Below, piece after piece: positions 48,172 through 57,167 of a DNA stretch of 64,000 nt (position 1 is its first letter; every line of letters begins with the position of its first letter). The notes under the pieces are model-generated. The model saw only the letters and a list, made by a program, of their open reading frames with translations, searched no databases and was not told the origin of the DNA. The position numbers and the translations under genes are program-made. Origin of the DNA: Candidatus Bathyarchaeia archaeon (GTDB lineage Bacteria; Patescibacteriota; Microgenomatia; PFEM01; JAFGMK01); contig DATKWK010000035.1 in NCBI GenBank assembly GCA_035529595.1, forward strand, positions 113,067 to 177,066, written 5' to 3'.

Positions 48172-51100
48172 TTAGTTTATTTTACGGCGAAGCCACTTAT
48201 CCTTTATAAAAGGATATCCCAAACACCCAAAACATGCAACCAAAGTCATACCGCTGATGAATAAGCCAATATAAAAAAGTCTTTGCGGACGGAATTCAAC
48301 GATTATTTCATAGTTTTCTCTCCCATCGACATCTGCCGGAGTAATATACCAAGAATTAGCATAGCCATTAACTAATAGATGTCTCTCTTCAGAAATTGGT
48401 TTACTACGAAGAGTTTCAAAAGTATTTCTATCAAAAAAGATGTTTTTATGGGTTCCTTCTTTAATCTCCCCATCAAAGTAACTAGCCACGACTTGCCCAT
48501 AATCGTTTTGAGTTTTGAGTTTTGAGTTTTGAGTTTTATCTATATATACTTTCCAGCCCTCGTGGAAACTTTCGGAAAATATTAAAGTATAAGGATTAAC
48601 GGCTCCTTCAACTTTAACTCGGTATTTCGTCGGATTAATTTTGGCAAAAGTAATTTTGGGTATTGCCTTTCTAGTATCTAATGCCTGATTTCCAATATCT
48701 TTAAGTCTTAAAATAACTTCCGGCTGAAAAATGCGCTCAATTGCCAAATCTTTCTCCTGAGCAGTTGATATCGACAAATGAGCAAAAGCTATTTCTGCTT
48801 CCGAGGAAGATTTGAAGAACATTTCAAAATGCCTAAACTCTTCATTAGTGGGAGATAAATATGTTTTGGCTACTTCTCCAGCTTCTCCTTCAGCAACAAA
48901 AAAGCTGCCGCCCAGAGGCGCTTTATAATCAAAACTAATCCGATAAATAGAGTTTGGCAAATAACCTTTTATCCTCAAATTTTCATCAACTAAATTCTCA
49001 CTAACTCCTTTTATGGTCAAAAACAACTCTTGTGCCCCTTTTTTAAAATATTCCTCTCCCAAGTTCATCCATCCAGCCGTATTTACGTTTTTTACGCCCC
49101 TCTCTATGCTCTCGCTCCTTAAAAATACTCCATAATTCCCCTCCTTCGGTACATTCAAATTATAAACCAACTGCGAAAAGTCTCGCTTAACCTCAAGCCC
49201 ATTAGCTCTTTCCTCCAACTCCTTAAAAACATCTTCCCAATCTCTTAATCTCCCAATTTCTTCTATTTTTACTCCATGCTCCCGCAAACTCCCCTCAAAG
49301 TTCGCCAAAAACCTCGGAAAATTCTTGTTTTTTGATTCTTTCAGGCTTATTAAAATCTCAAGAGCGTCTATCATTTCTCTCCGATAGCGCTCCGCCAGCC
49401 GTATTATCCGCTCTTCATCAATACTATCGGCAAACCTTTTCATCTCTACTATCCTCTTCGAGGCATAAAACAAATCCTTTTCAAACAACTTTTCGGGCTC
49501 TTTTCTAACCTTCCAGCTATCATATTCTTCCTCTTTTAAAATTAGGGGGTAAATCAATTGGTTTGGACTCCATCGGACATCAGGCAACTCTATCTCCCTG
49601 GGCACTATTGTCAATTCCTCTCCGCCAATCATATTCTCCAGCTTTCCTCTCACAAACACCTCATCCGCCCAATTCAATGCTGCCAGTTTCTTATCAGAGT
49701 TACCAGGAGTATCTGAAAGGTATATAGCTGATCTCATTTCGTAGTTATCAAGCCCCACTATATCCACCAAACTCTCTATGTTACCCCTCGCATAAATTAT
49801 ATTTTGGGGAATATAAAAACGGGGGAGAAAATATTCATCTTTAATTTTATAAATAAATAATTTGTCTCCAAAGTTCTTAAAATAATCTTCTTGGAAGTAT
49901 TTTTTTATTCCAGATTCCCATTTAATTAACGCCTCAACTCTAGTCTTGTCAATATCGTTCTGGTCTAATAAATAGTCAATCGTTCCCAGTTTAATAAAAT
50001 TAAAATTTTTTTTATCTACAAAGGCTTGCAGTATTTTGCTATAGGGAGCAATCTTATTATAATAATCTCCTATATAATTAGAATTACCAAATAAATGGTA
50101 TATTTTTGCATTTGAATTTCCCAAATTTTCATCATACCATTTATAATTCAAATCATAGCCTTCTGTCATAAAAGGGAAAGGCAATATGAAAGAGTCCTTG
50201 GTGCTCTTTGACCACGATGAATATTCATACCAATAATACGGCAATTTTATAAGATTTTTCTTCCAGCCTTCGTTTGTACGATCAAAAAAGTTATAAGAAA
50301 ACAATGGGATGCCGCCAATTGAAACAAGAAAAAAAACACAAACGATAAAAAAATTTTTATGATTTCTGTTTCTAAATTTTTCGTAAATATTATCCAAAGA
50401 GATTGAAAATAAAGTAACCATTAAGAATAAAACTAGGGGCATAAATTTCGCAAATGGCTCTCTGAAAATATAAAAGAAAGGAACATTCCTATAAAACCAT
50501 AAATATATTTCCGGAATAAAACTAGATCCGCTGGCAAACAAAATAAAGATTAATAAAAATAAAAATAAAACAATATTAGCAATTTTTCTACTTTTTTTGA
50601 AAAATAAGAAAGAAATTGAGAGGCTCGATATTATAAATGAGTGCAAAATTACAAAAGAATTATCATAAAAATATAGCCAAATATTATAAAAAACACCTTC
50701 GTAATCTAAATATTCCCACCATCCTCCTCTTAGTTGAAAAATTAAAAAAAGCGGCGAACCTATCGCTTTAAAAGTAGCTGCCTGCCTGATTTCATCAAAA
50801 TTATTCATCAGTAATCTATAAATGAGTCCTTGATAAAAAAAAATGGGCATCAATAAAATGAAGAAAATGCATAACCTATAAATATATTCCCTAAAAAAAT
50901 TAAACAAACTAATTTTTTCAGAAAATATAAATACCACTACCGCTATAACGTACACAAAAAGCGTCGTCGCTAACTGGGGCGGATTGCAAAAAATTGCCTG
51001 AAATAAAAAAAAGTAAACGAAATTGTATATTGCGTACCTATAACTTCTTGTCTTTAAAAACTTATATAAAAGAACAAAGAATAAGGGCATTAAAATGAGC

Positions 51101-51525
51101 TGGTACATTTTGGCACTATAAAAAATAGTCGAAGTAAAATAAAAATTGAATATATAGAGTAAGGAGCCTGTAAAAATTATGACATTATTACTGGTAAAGA
51201 ATCTTAATAGGCAGCTCATTCCAAGAAGAGAACAAAGTAGAAAAACCTGTAGAAATACTATTTGTATAGAGTGATTACTCAAGCCGACCTCTGATAGTAA
51301 TTTATAAAAAATAGCATTAGGAATAATCATCGTATGGTCGCCAAGAGATGATGCTTGCCCATAGTTTGCTTTTTCACTCCACGAAAACAAGTTTTTATCA
51401 ATTATATTTTGATAATTGGCAAAGCTAGACTCTTCTGATACAAACAGATACTCTCCTTTTAACCAGATAAACGGGATAATTATCGATAATATTATAAAAG
51501 ATATGATTAAATATTTTTTTTGCAT
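48172..51525 (-). CDS. Large GT-C-type membrane protein (AftD/DUF3367- or YfhO-like) with extracytoplasmic domains
   Basis: N-terminal multi-TM region with FASG and IFREPFAKF; C-terminal INPTKYRV...FSESFHEGW...HLLVNGYANSWYI...FRPQR plus a TM. Confidence 0.7.
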   Translation of the reverse strand: MQKKYLIISFIILSIIIPFIWLKGEYLFVSEESSFANYQNIIDKNLFSWSEKANYGQASSLGDHTMIIPNAIFYKLLSEVGLSNHSIQIVFLQVFLLCSLLGMSCLLRFFTSNNVIIFTGSLLYIFNFYFTSTIFYSAKMYQLILMPLFFVLLYKFLKTRSYRYAIYNFVYFFLFQAIFCNPPQLATTLFVYVIAVVVFIFSEKISLFNFFREYIYRLCIFFILLMPIFFYQGLIYRLLMNNFDEIRQAATFKAIGSPLFLIFQLRGGWWEYLDYEGVFYNIWLYFYDNSFVILHSFIISSLSISFLFFKKSRKIANIVLFLFLLIFILFASGSSFIPEIYLWFYRNVPFFYIFREPFAKFMPLVLFLMVTLFSISLDNIYEKFRNRNHKNFFIVCVFFLVSIGGIPLFSYNFFDRTNEGWKKNLIKLPYYWYEYSSWSKSTKDSFILPFPFMTEGYDLNYKWYDENLGNSNAKIYHLFGNSNYIGDYYNKIAPYSKILQAFVDKKNFNFIKLGTIDYLLDQNDIDKTRVEALIKWESGIKKYFQEDYFKNFGDKLFIYKIKDEYFLPRFYIPQNIIYARGNIESLVDIVGLDNYEMRSAIYLSDTPGNSDKKLAALNWADEVFVRGKLENMIGGEELTIVPREIELPDVRWSPNQLIYPLILKEEEYDSWKVRKEPEKLFEKDLFYASKRIVEMKRFADSIDEERIIRLAERYRREMIDALEILISLKESKNKNFPRFLANFEGSLREHGVKIEEIGRLRDWEDVFKELEERANGLEVKRDFSQLVYNLNVPKEGNYGVFLRSESIERGVKNVNTAGWMNLGEEYFKKGAQELFLTIKGVSENLVDENLRIKGYLPNSIYRISFDYKAPLGGSFFVAEGEAGEVAKTYLSPTNEEFRHFEMFFKSSSEAEIAFAHLSISTAQEKDLAIERIFQPEVILRLKDIGNQALDTRKAIPKITFAKINPTKYRVKVEGAVNPYTLIFSESFHEGWKVYIDKTQNSKLKTQNDYGQVVASYFDGEIKEGTHKNIFFDRNTFETLRSKPISEERHLLVNGYANSWYITPADVDGRENYEIIVEFRPQRLFYIGLFISGMTLVACFGCLGYPFIKDKWLRRKIN
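48505..48537 (+). repeat. (GTTTTGA)4+GTTTT heptamer tandem repeat inside the large GT-C gene
   Basis: Four perfect units plus a partial; encodes KTQNSKLKTQN. Confidence 0.9.
49235..49258 (+). repeat. Degenerate 8-bp tandem repeat (3 units) inside the large GT-C gene
   Basis: tcccaatc tcttaatc tcccaatt; encodes IGRLRDW. Confidence 0.5.
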
Positions 51526-52178
51526 ATAAAAATATTTATGGGGGCAATACTAGAAAAAAAATAAAATAGTTTCCCAAATCTATAGTCGAATCCTATTTTT
51601 TTAATTACTTTGAATCCGTGATAGTTAACCATTCCTATCATCGCTTTATAAGTTATACCTCTTATATGGTGTATGCTTCCGCCTGGTTTATTATTAATTT
51701 TCCCAAATATACCGGTGCCAAAATTTCCATATTCGTTGGAAACCTCTAGGATATGCGGTTGATATCCTAATAGTAATTCAACTCGGGCATAGATAGAGGA
51801 TAAATTAGGGAAAGAAAAAATTAAATTACCATCATCCTTTAGATTATTAAAGCAATTTTTAAATAGAACGTCTGTTTTATCTATATGCTCAATCAATTCA
51901 AAAAAGGCTACTACATCAAACTTTTTATCAAGACGAAATTCATTTTCTACTGATTGAAGAATAAATCTATCGACAAAATCAGGCTTAAAGACTTGGGGAA
52001 TAATATCAACACTGGTTATATTAACATTCTTTTCTTTTTTTAAAGCCTTTTCAAAATTAAAATTAATTCCGCAACCAAGGTTTAAAACTGAAGCATTTTT
52101 CTTAATGAAAGAAAAAGTCATCGCATAAAAAGAACTATCAATATTAACATTCCCTCCTTGCAAGTTTATTTTATCCAT
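51507..52178 (-). CDS. Class I SAM-dependent methyltransferase
   Basis: VLNLGCG, FDVVAFFELIEH and FSFPN; very AT-rich. Confidence 0.88.
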   Translation of the reverse strand: MDKINLQGGNVNIDSSFYAMTFSFIKKNASVLNLGCGINFNFEKALKKEKNVNITSVDIIPQVFKPDFVDRFILQSVENEFRLDKKFDVVAFFELIEHIDKTDVLFKNCFNNLKDDGNLIFSFPNLSSIYARVELLLGYQPHILEVSNEYGNFGTGIFGKINNKPGGSIHHIRGITYKAMIGMVNYHGFKVIKKIGFDYRFGKLFYFFSSIAPINIFICKKNI

Positions 52179-52187
52179 TTTTTCTAG

Positions 52188-53501
52188 TCATTTATATTTT
52201 TCTAAAAATTCTCTGAAAGATTTAATAATATAATTCAATCTTCCTTCATTTAAGCCAGGGTAAACTCCAATCCAGAAAAGATTATTCATTACTAAATCTG
52301 TATTTTCCAAAGAACCATAAATTCGATGTTTTGTCTCCAAATAAGCAGGCTGCTTAGTTAAATTCCCACCAAATAGCATCCGGGTGGCAATTTTATTCTT
52401 TTCCAAAAAACTAACAATTTCCCCCCGATCAAAAGGAGCATCCTTTTTAACCAAAAGAGGAAATCCAAACCAACTTGGATCAGAATAACCGTCCCGAATA
52501 GGCAAAACAAAAAAATTTTCCCAATCCCGTAAATTACTAATAAGATACTCAAAGTTTCTTTTTCTCGCTTTAATAAATCGAGGTAGTTTTTCGAGCTGGG
52601 CGACCCCAATTGCCGCCTGCATATCAGTTATTTTTAAATTATAACCGATATGAGAATAAATATATTTATGATCGTAGCCATATGGAAGTTCGCCTAACTG
52701 CCAAGAAAATCGCCTGCTACATGAATTATCTTGCCCTGGTTCACACCAACAATCTCTACCCCAATCACGAAAAGAAGCCACAATTTTTTTTAAAAGCAAA
52801 TCATCAGTTAAAATCGCTCCTCCTTCACCCATCGTAATATGGTGAGCTGGGTAAAAACTAGTGGTGGAAAGATGACCAAAACTGCCAGTATATTTCCCTT
52901 TATACATCGAACCTAAAGCGTCACAATTATCTTCAATAAACCAAAGATTGTATTTTCTTACCAATTTTAGAATCTTATCAAGATTAACAGGATTACCAAG
53001 AGTATGAGCAATAAAAATGGCTTTAGTTTTTTTAGAAATTGCTTTTTCGATTTTATCCGCATTAATGTTATAAGTTCCAAGGGCCACATCTACAAATACC
53101 GGAATCAAATTATTCTGAATTATTGGGTTTAAGGTCGTTGGAAATCCGCAAGCAGTCGTAATCACCTCATCACCAGGCTTTAGCCTTTTCTTTCCCAATT
53201 TGTTGGAAGTCAAAGCCGAAACAGCTAAAAGATTGGCTGACGAACCAGAATTAGTCAAAAGACAGTATTTTAACCCTAATAAGCCAGCCAATTTTTTTTC
53301 AAATTCTTGGGCATAGGGTCCGGCTGTCAACCAAAAATCTAAAGAAGCATTAACTAAGTTTACTAACTCTTTTTCATCATAGACTCTACCCGCATATCTA
53401 ACTGGCGTCTTACCAGGAATAAAAAGTTCTTCACCACTGAGCTGATGAAACTTTTTAACCAGAGTCAAAATCTGTTTCCTGATTGCTTTTTTGTCATCCA
53501 T
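52188..53501 (-). CDS. rfbH: CDP-4-keto-6-deoxyglucose 3-dehydratase (E1, RfbH/DdhC/AscC)
   Basis: NSGSSANL, AHTLGNP, EDNCDALG, SFYPAHHITMGEGG (His in place of the PLP Lys), WGRDCWCEPGQDNSC Fe-S motif and GYDHKY. Confidence 0.95.
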   Translation of the reverse strand: MDDKKAIRKQILTLVKKFHQLSGEELFIPGKTPVRYAGRVYDEKELVNLVNASLDFWLTAGPYAQEFEKKLAGLLGLKYCLLTNSGSSANLLAVSALTSNKLGKKRLKPGDEVITTACGFPTTLNPIIQNNLIPVFVDVALGTYNINADKIEKAISKKTKAIFIAHTLGNPVNLDKILKLVRKYNLWFIEDNCDALGSMYKGKYTGSFGHLSTTSFYPAHHITMGEGGAILTDDLLLKKIVASFRDWGRDCWCEPGQDNSCSRRFSWQLGELPYGYDHKYIYSHIGYNLKITDMQAAIGVAQLEKLPRFIKARKRNFEYLISNLRDWENFFVLPIRDGYSDPSWFGFPLLVKKDAPFDRGEIVSFLEKNKIATRMLFGGNLTKQPAYLETKHRIYGSLENTDLVMNNLFWIGVYPGLNEGRLNYIIKSFREFLEKYK

Positions 53502-53734
53502 ACTAAAACATTTCTGAAGCGAAAACTCCTGATTGATCTAAATCCTAACAAGACCAAAGCCCTTTTTCAATCATCTAATTCCTGAATGTCCGTAGTAAAG
53601 AAGGTCTGAGCAAGGCCACTAATTCTTTTCTTCTCTATTCTATCTATAACATCCAAAAGCCCGGTTGAATCAGCTTGCAATACATATTCCAAACCAGCTC
53701 TTTCCGAAAAATCATTTGCAGGACTTCTGATTTT

Positions 53735-55420
53735 TTACCTCAATCGGTACTTTCCTGCAGTCCATTTGGGTAGCATCGGCTGGTCGGGATCAATCATTAA
53801 CTCGCAAACTACCGCTCCCCGGTAATCTATTACTTTTTTAACTTTATAAAGATCTTTATTAGCAGCAATCTTCTCGTATTTTATTCCCCAAGCTTTTATC
53901 AGTTTCTCAAAATTGGGAAAACTTACACCCGTTTCCGGGGTTGAGGCAAAAATTCTTTTGAAAAAAGCAGCGTGAGTTACTTTTATTGAGTAATAACCAT
54001 TATTATTGAAGATAAAAATTTTCAAGGGAAGATTGTGATGAACCATAGTTTGTAACTCATGAATATTAAGCATTATCGATCCATCGCCTTCCATACAGAT
54101 GACTGGCCTTTTATGATCGGCAATACAAGCTCCAATTGCCAAAGGAAGGCCAGATCCCATCTGTCCTAAACCAGCATTGGTGATAAACCGCTGTCCCCGC
54201 TTTATCTTAAGAGCCTGATGAGCAGCTAAACTCGCCATCCCGTTAGCGGTTGCCAGATGATAATTTTTTGTCTGTTTACCTAATTCTGCTAAAAATTTAT
54301 AAACATTAAGATATTTTTTATCTCCCTGAAAACTTTTAGGATTGATCGGCTGAATTTTTACTTCCCAACGATTAAGTTTGATATTTTGTTTGGACAATTC
54401 TTGTAAAAATAGTTTCGCATCACAACAAATTGGAACATTAATACTCACTGTTTTCTTATGCATTTCTGCCGCATCAATATCAACCATAATTTTAAAAGCG
54501 TCCTTGGCGAAATTTTTATAATCGTAAGAAGTTTGGGTAAGTTGTAATCTTTCACCAATCACCAAAAGGAGATCACAATTGTCAATCGCATAATTGGCTG
54601 ACTCATTACCAGGCATGCCTTGCCGACCCAAATAATAGGAATAATCATCCGTAACCAAATCATCGGCCGTAAAAAGAGCAGTCACCACGTTTATTTTTAA
54701 TTTTTCGATCAGTTGCCAAAGTATTTTTTCTCCACCACTCAATCTAATCCCGTTTCCTACCAAAAGGAGTGGTTTCTTTGCTTTCTGTAATTTTTCTACA
54801 ATCAAATCAATCTGAATTTTAGGTAATTTAAATTGAAAATTTGATGAAGGAACGAAAGGCCTTAATTTTTTAGGATCTACTTGACCAGTTTGAGCATCAA
54901 CAGGGCCCTGAACATCAAGAGGGATTTCAACCCAGACCGGGCCTGGACGGCCTGACTTGGCCAGATAAACTGCTTTTTCCAGGTGGTAACGAATGTCAGC
55001 CTCTTTTTCAACGGTTACCGCATATTTGGTAATTGGTTTAACGATATCAATGACGTTTAGTTCTTGAAAACCAAGTGCTCTAAAAACAGGCACGCCGTTT
55101 TTGCGTGGGACAATATTATCTCTCTTTACTTGGCCGCTGATGACTAAAATCGGAATGCTGTCCAACCAAGCGCCCGCAACGCCAGTTACCGCATTAGTTC
55201 CTCCGGGTCCTGTTGTCACCAAACAAACGCCAATGTCATTTTTTATCCGGGCATAACCCTCAGCGGCAATCGCCGCTGCTTGTTCATGATGACAGCAATA
55301 AGCGTTAAGCTTAGATCTCCCAACCGAATCGACCAAGTGCATAATCCCACCACCAGACAAAAGGAAAATTGAATCAGTATTTTTCTCTAAAAATTTGACA
55401 ACGTAGTCGCTAAGTTTCAT
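53735..55420 (-). CDS. ThDP-dependent enzyme, YerE-like (acetolactate-synthase fold, sugar C-C ligase)
   Basis: GGGIMHL, HHEQAAA, TTGPGGTNA, ISGQVK and the GDGSIMLN...NNNGY ThDP motif; adjacent to rfbH. True start ATG 55420. Confidence 0.85.
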   Translation of the reverse strand: MKLSDYVVKFLEKNTDSIFLLSGGGIMHLVDSVGRSKLNAYCCHHEQAAAIAAEGYARIKNDIGVCLVTTGPGGTNAVTGVAGAWLDSIPILVISGQVKRDNIVPRKNGVPVFRALGFQELNVIDIVKPITKYAVTVEKEADIRYHLEKAVYLAKSGRPGPVWVEIPLDVQGPVDAQTGQVDPKKLRPFVPSSNFQFKLPKIQIDLIVEKLQKAKKPLLLVGNGIRLSGGEKILWQLIEKLKINVVTALFTADDLVTDDYSYYLGRQGMPGNESANYAIDNCDLLLVIGERLQLTQTSYDYKNFAKDAFKIMVDIDAAEMHKKTVSINVPICCDAKLFLQELSKQNIKLNRWEVKIQPINPKSFQGDKKYLNVYKFLAELGKQTKNYHLATANGMASLAAHQALKIKRGQRFITNAGLGQMGSGLPLAIGACIADHKRPVICMEGDGSIMLNIHELQTMVHHNLPLKIFIFNNNGYYSIKVTHAAFFKRIFASTPETGVSFPNFEKLIKAWGIKYEKIAANKDLYKVKKVIDYRGAVVCELMIDPDQPMLPKWTAGKYRLR

Positions 55421-56115
55421 TTTGTCTCCCAAGCCTCTAACTCCAATATTTCCGCTAATGAATGAATGACGGGGAATTCTTGCTGTTTCCCCTGCCAAGC
55501 AGTATTGCGGGCGGTTTGGACACCGATAAATCGACACCCGACTGCTTGGGCTGCCTGCCAGTCGTTCTCACTATCTCCAACATAAAGAATTTTTGAGGGA
55601 TCGATTGATTCTCTCTCAATGATAGTTTTTAGATTCTCGACTTTGTTTCCGGGACGTCCATAAACATCCTTAAATCCCCCCAACTCTAACGCTGCAAGAC
55701 TTTCTAAAGATTGTTCCTTAGGCGTGGCTGTATTAATATAGACCGGCATCTTTCCAGAGAGAATTTTTATCGCTTGGCGATTTTCTGGCGAAACACCGAT
55801 TTGTAAAATACCAACCTGGACAATGGCATTAAAAGCCTCACAACGATATTCTATTTCAGTAGGGATTTTTTCTTCTGGGATGCCAAAATGTTTACAAACA
55901 AGACGCACGATATCGCGACGATCTCCTTTACCACCCTTAATTTGCTCCTGCGCTTCGGCTATCACCTTTTCAAGTTCTTCCGGATCATATTCCGTGAAGA
56001 CTTTACACCAAGCCTGATCTTTAACCTCTTCAGATCCTCTTCTGGTTGTCGGGTCTAAAACGATACAATTATCAAAATCTAGTACTATTACTTTTATTTT
56101 ATTAACCTGTCTCAT
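55417..56115 (-). CDS. HAD-superfamily hydrolase/phosphatase
   Basis: DFDNC (DxD), NTATP, GRPGNK and YVGDSEND. Confidence 0.88.
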   Translation of the reverse strand: MRQVNKIKVIVLDFDNCIVLDPTTRRGSEEVKDQAWCKVFTEYDPEELEKVIAEAQEQIKGGKGDRRDIVRLVCKHFGIPEEKIPTEIEYRCEAFNAIVQVGILQIGVSPENRQAIKILSGKMPVYINTATPKEQSLESLAALELGGFKDVYGRPGNKVENLKTIIERESIDPSKILYVGDSENDWQAAQAVGCRFIGVQTARNTAWQGKQQEFPVIHSLAEILELEAWETK

Positions 56116-56222
56116 AATTATTTATTATTTTTTAAATTAAATCCCCTTAGCAAAAATAATAGAAATCAATAATCTTTTTAATAAATCTAACGACATAATC
56201 ATTCATCTTCATGTTCCTTATT

Positions 56223-57167
56223 TTAAGCAGTTAAAATGTATTTTGATTCTTCCTTAATTGTTTCCATCGATGTAAAAACCGGTTTATAACCAATCTCTCT
56301 TGCCTTATTATATTTGGAATAGTAAATATCTTTTGAACCAGTCGCGCTAACATGTTTTAAAGCCCGGCTTACTTGATATTTCAAACCGTATTCTGATGAG
56401 AAGTAATCAAGGATTTCCTTTTTTTCAACTGGCCTAGCGCTGTTTATGTCAAAAGCGGCATTGATTTTTTTAAACTTCATACATCCTTTTATTGCCGAGT
56501 ACATATCTTTCGGATGTAGGTAATCGCGAACAAAGTCCTTATCAGTGGTAACAAACACTTTTTTCTTTAAAACACAATCCAGTAATTCAGTAATAAAATA
56601 ACTATCCGTCAAATCAATAAATCTACTAAAATAAGAAAAAACCCTAAGATCAACAATCCTCAAATAATCAAATGCCCTATGCTTCACCTCGGAGTTGAGT
56701 CTGCTAATAGAGTAATAATCTTCTTTAGCAACATGGTTCACCCGGATACTACTCATCGTGTTTTCCTCCGCCGGCATTGTAAATCCGCTACCATAAATAG
56801 CTCCACTACTGAAACTGATATAAAGAGCCTCAGGACAGCTGCTACGCAGACACTCAATAACCAGATTGTCATATTTTTCGGTTACCATAAAGTAATTAGT
56901 ATAATTACCCTGTAACTTATCTATAGGCCCCACGCCAACGCAGTTAATGATGATATCATAAGAAGATTTAATAAAATTCTCATAACCTTCATGAATAACA
57001 CAATTCTTATCAGGGGATTTCTTTATCGTGCCAAGAAAACGGCAGGCCTTGTCCGGCGATCTCGTATAGAGATGTAGGCTGAATTCTTCTCTCTCTAGAA
57101 AATTGTTAATCAATCCTTTGGCAATATGAGAAGTGGCGCCAAAAACAGCAATTTTTGCTTTTTTCAT
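56223..57167 (-). CDS. NAD-dependent epimerase/dehydratase/reductase (extended SDR)
   Basis: FGATSHIA, INCVG, FSSGAIYG, YSISR (YxxxK variant) and RDYLHP. Confidence 0.85.
   Translation of the reverse strand: MKKAKIAVFGATSHIAKGLINNFLEREEFSLHLYTRSPDKACRFLGTIKKSPDKNCVIHEGYENFIKSSYDIIINCVGVGPIDKLQGNYTNYFMVTEKYDNLVIECLRSSCPEALYISFSSGAIYGSGFTMPAEENTMSSIRVNHVAKEDYYSISRLNSEVKHRAFDYLRIVDLRVFSYFSRFIDLTDSYFITELLDCVLKKKVFVTTDKDFVRDYLHPKDMYSAIKGCMKFKKINAAFDINSARPVEKKEILDYFSSEYGLKYQVSRALKHVSATGSKDIYYSKYNKAREIGYKPVFTSMETIKEESKYILTA

Noticed and set aside
53735-55537. Annotation as acetolactate synthase (ilvB) with a 600-aa start
   Set aside because: No ilvN/ilvC/ilvD nearby; the sugar-pathway context with rfbH favours a YerE-like role; the first 39 aa overlap the HAD gene.
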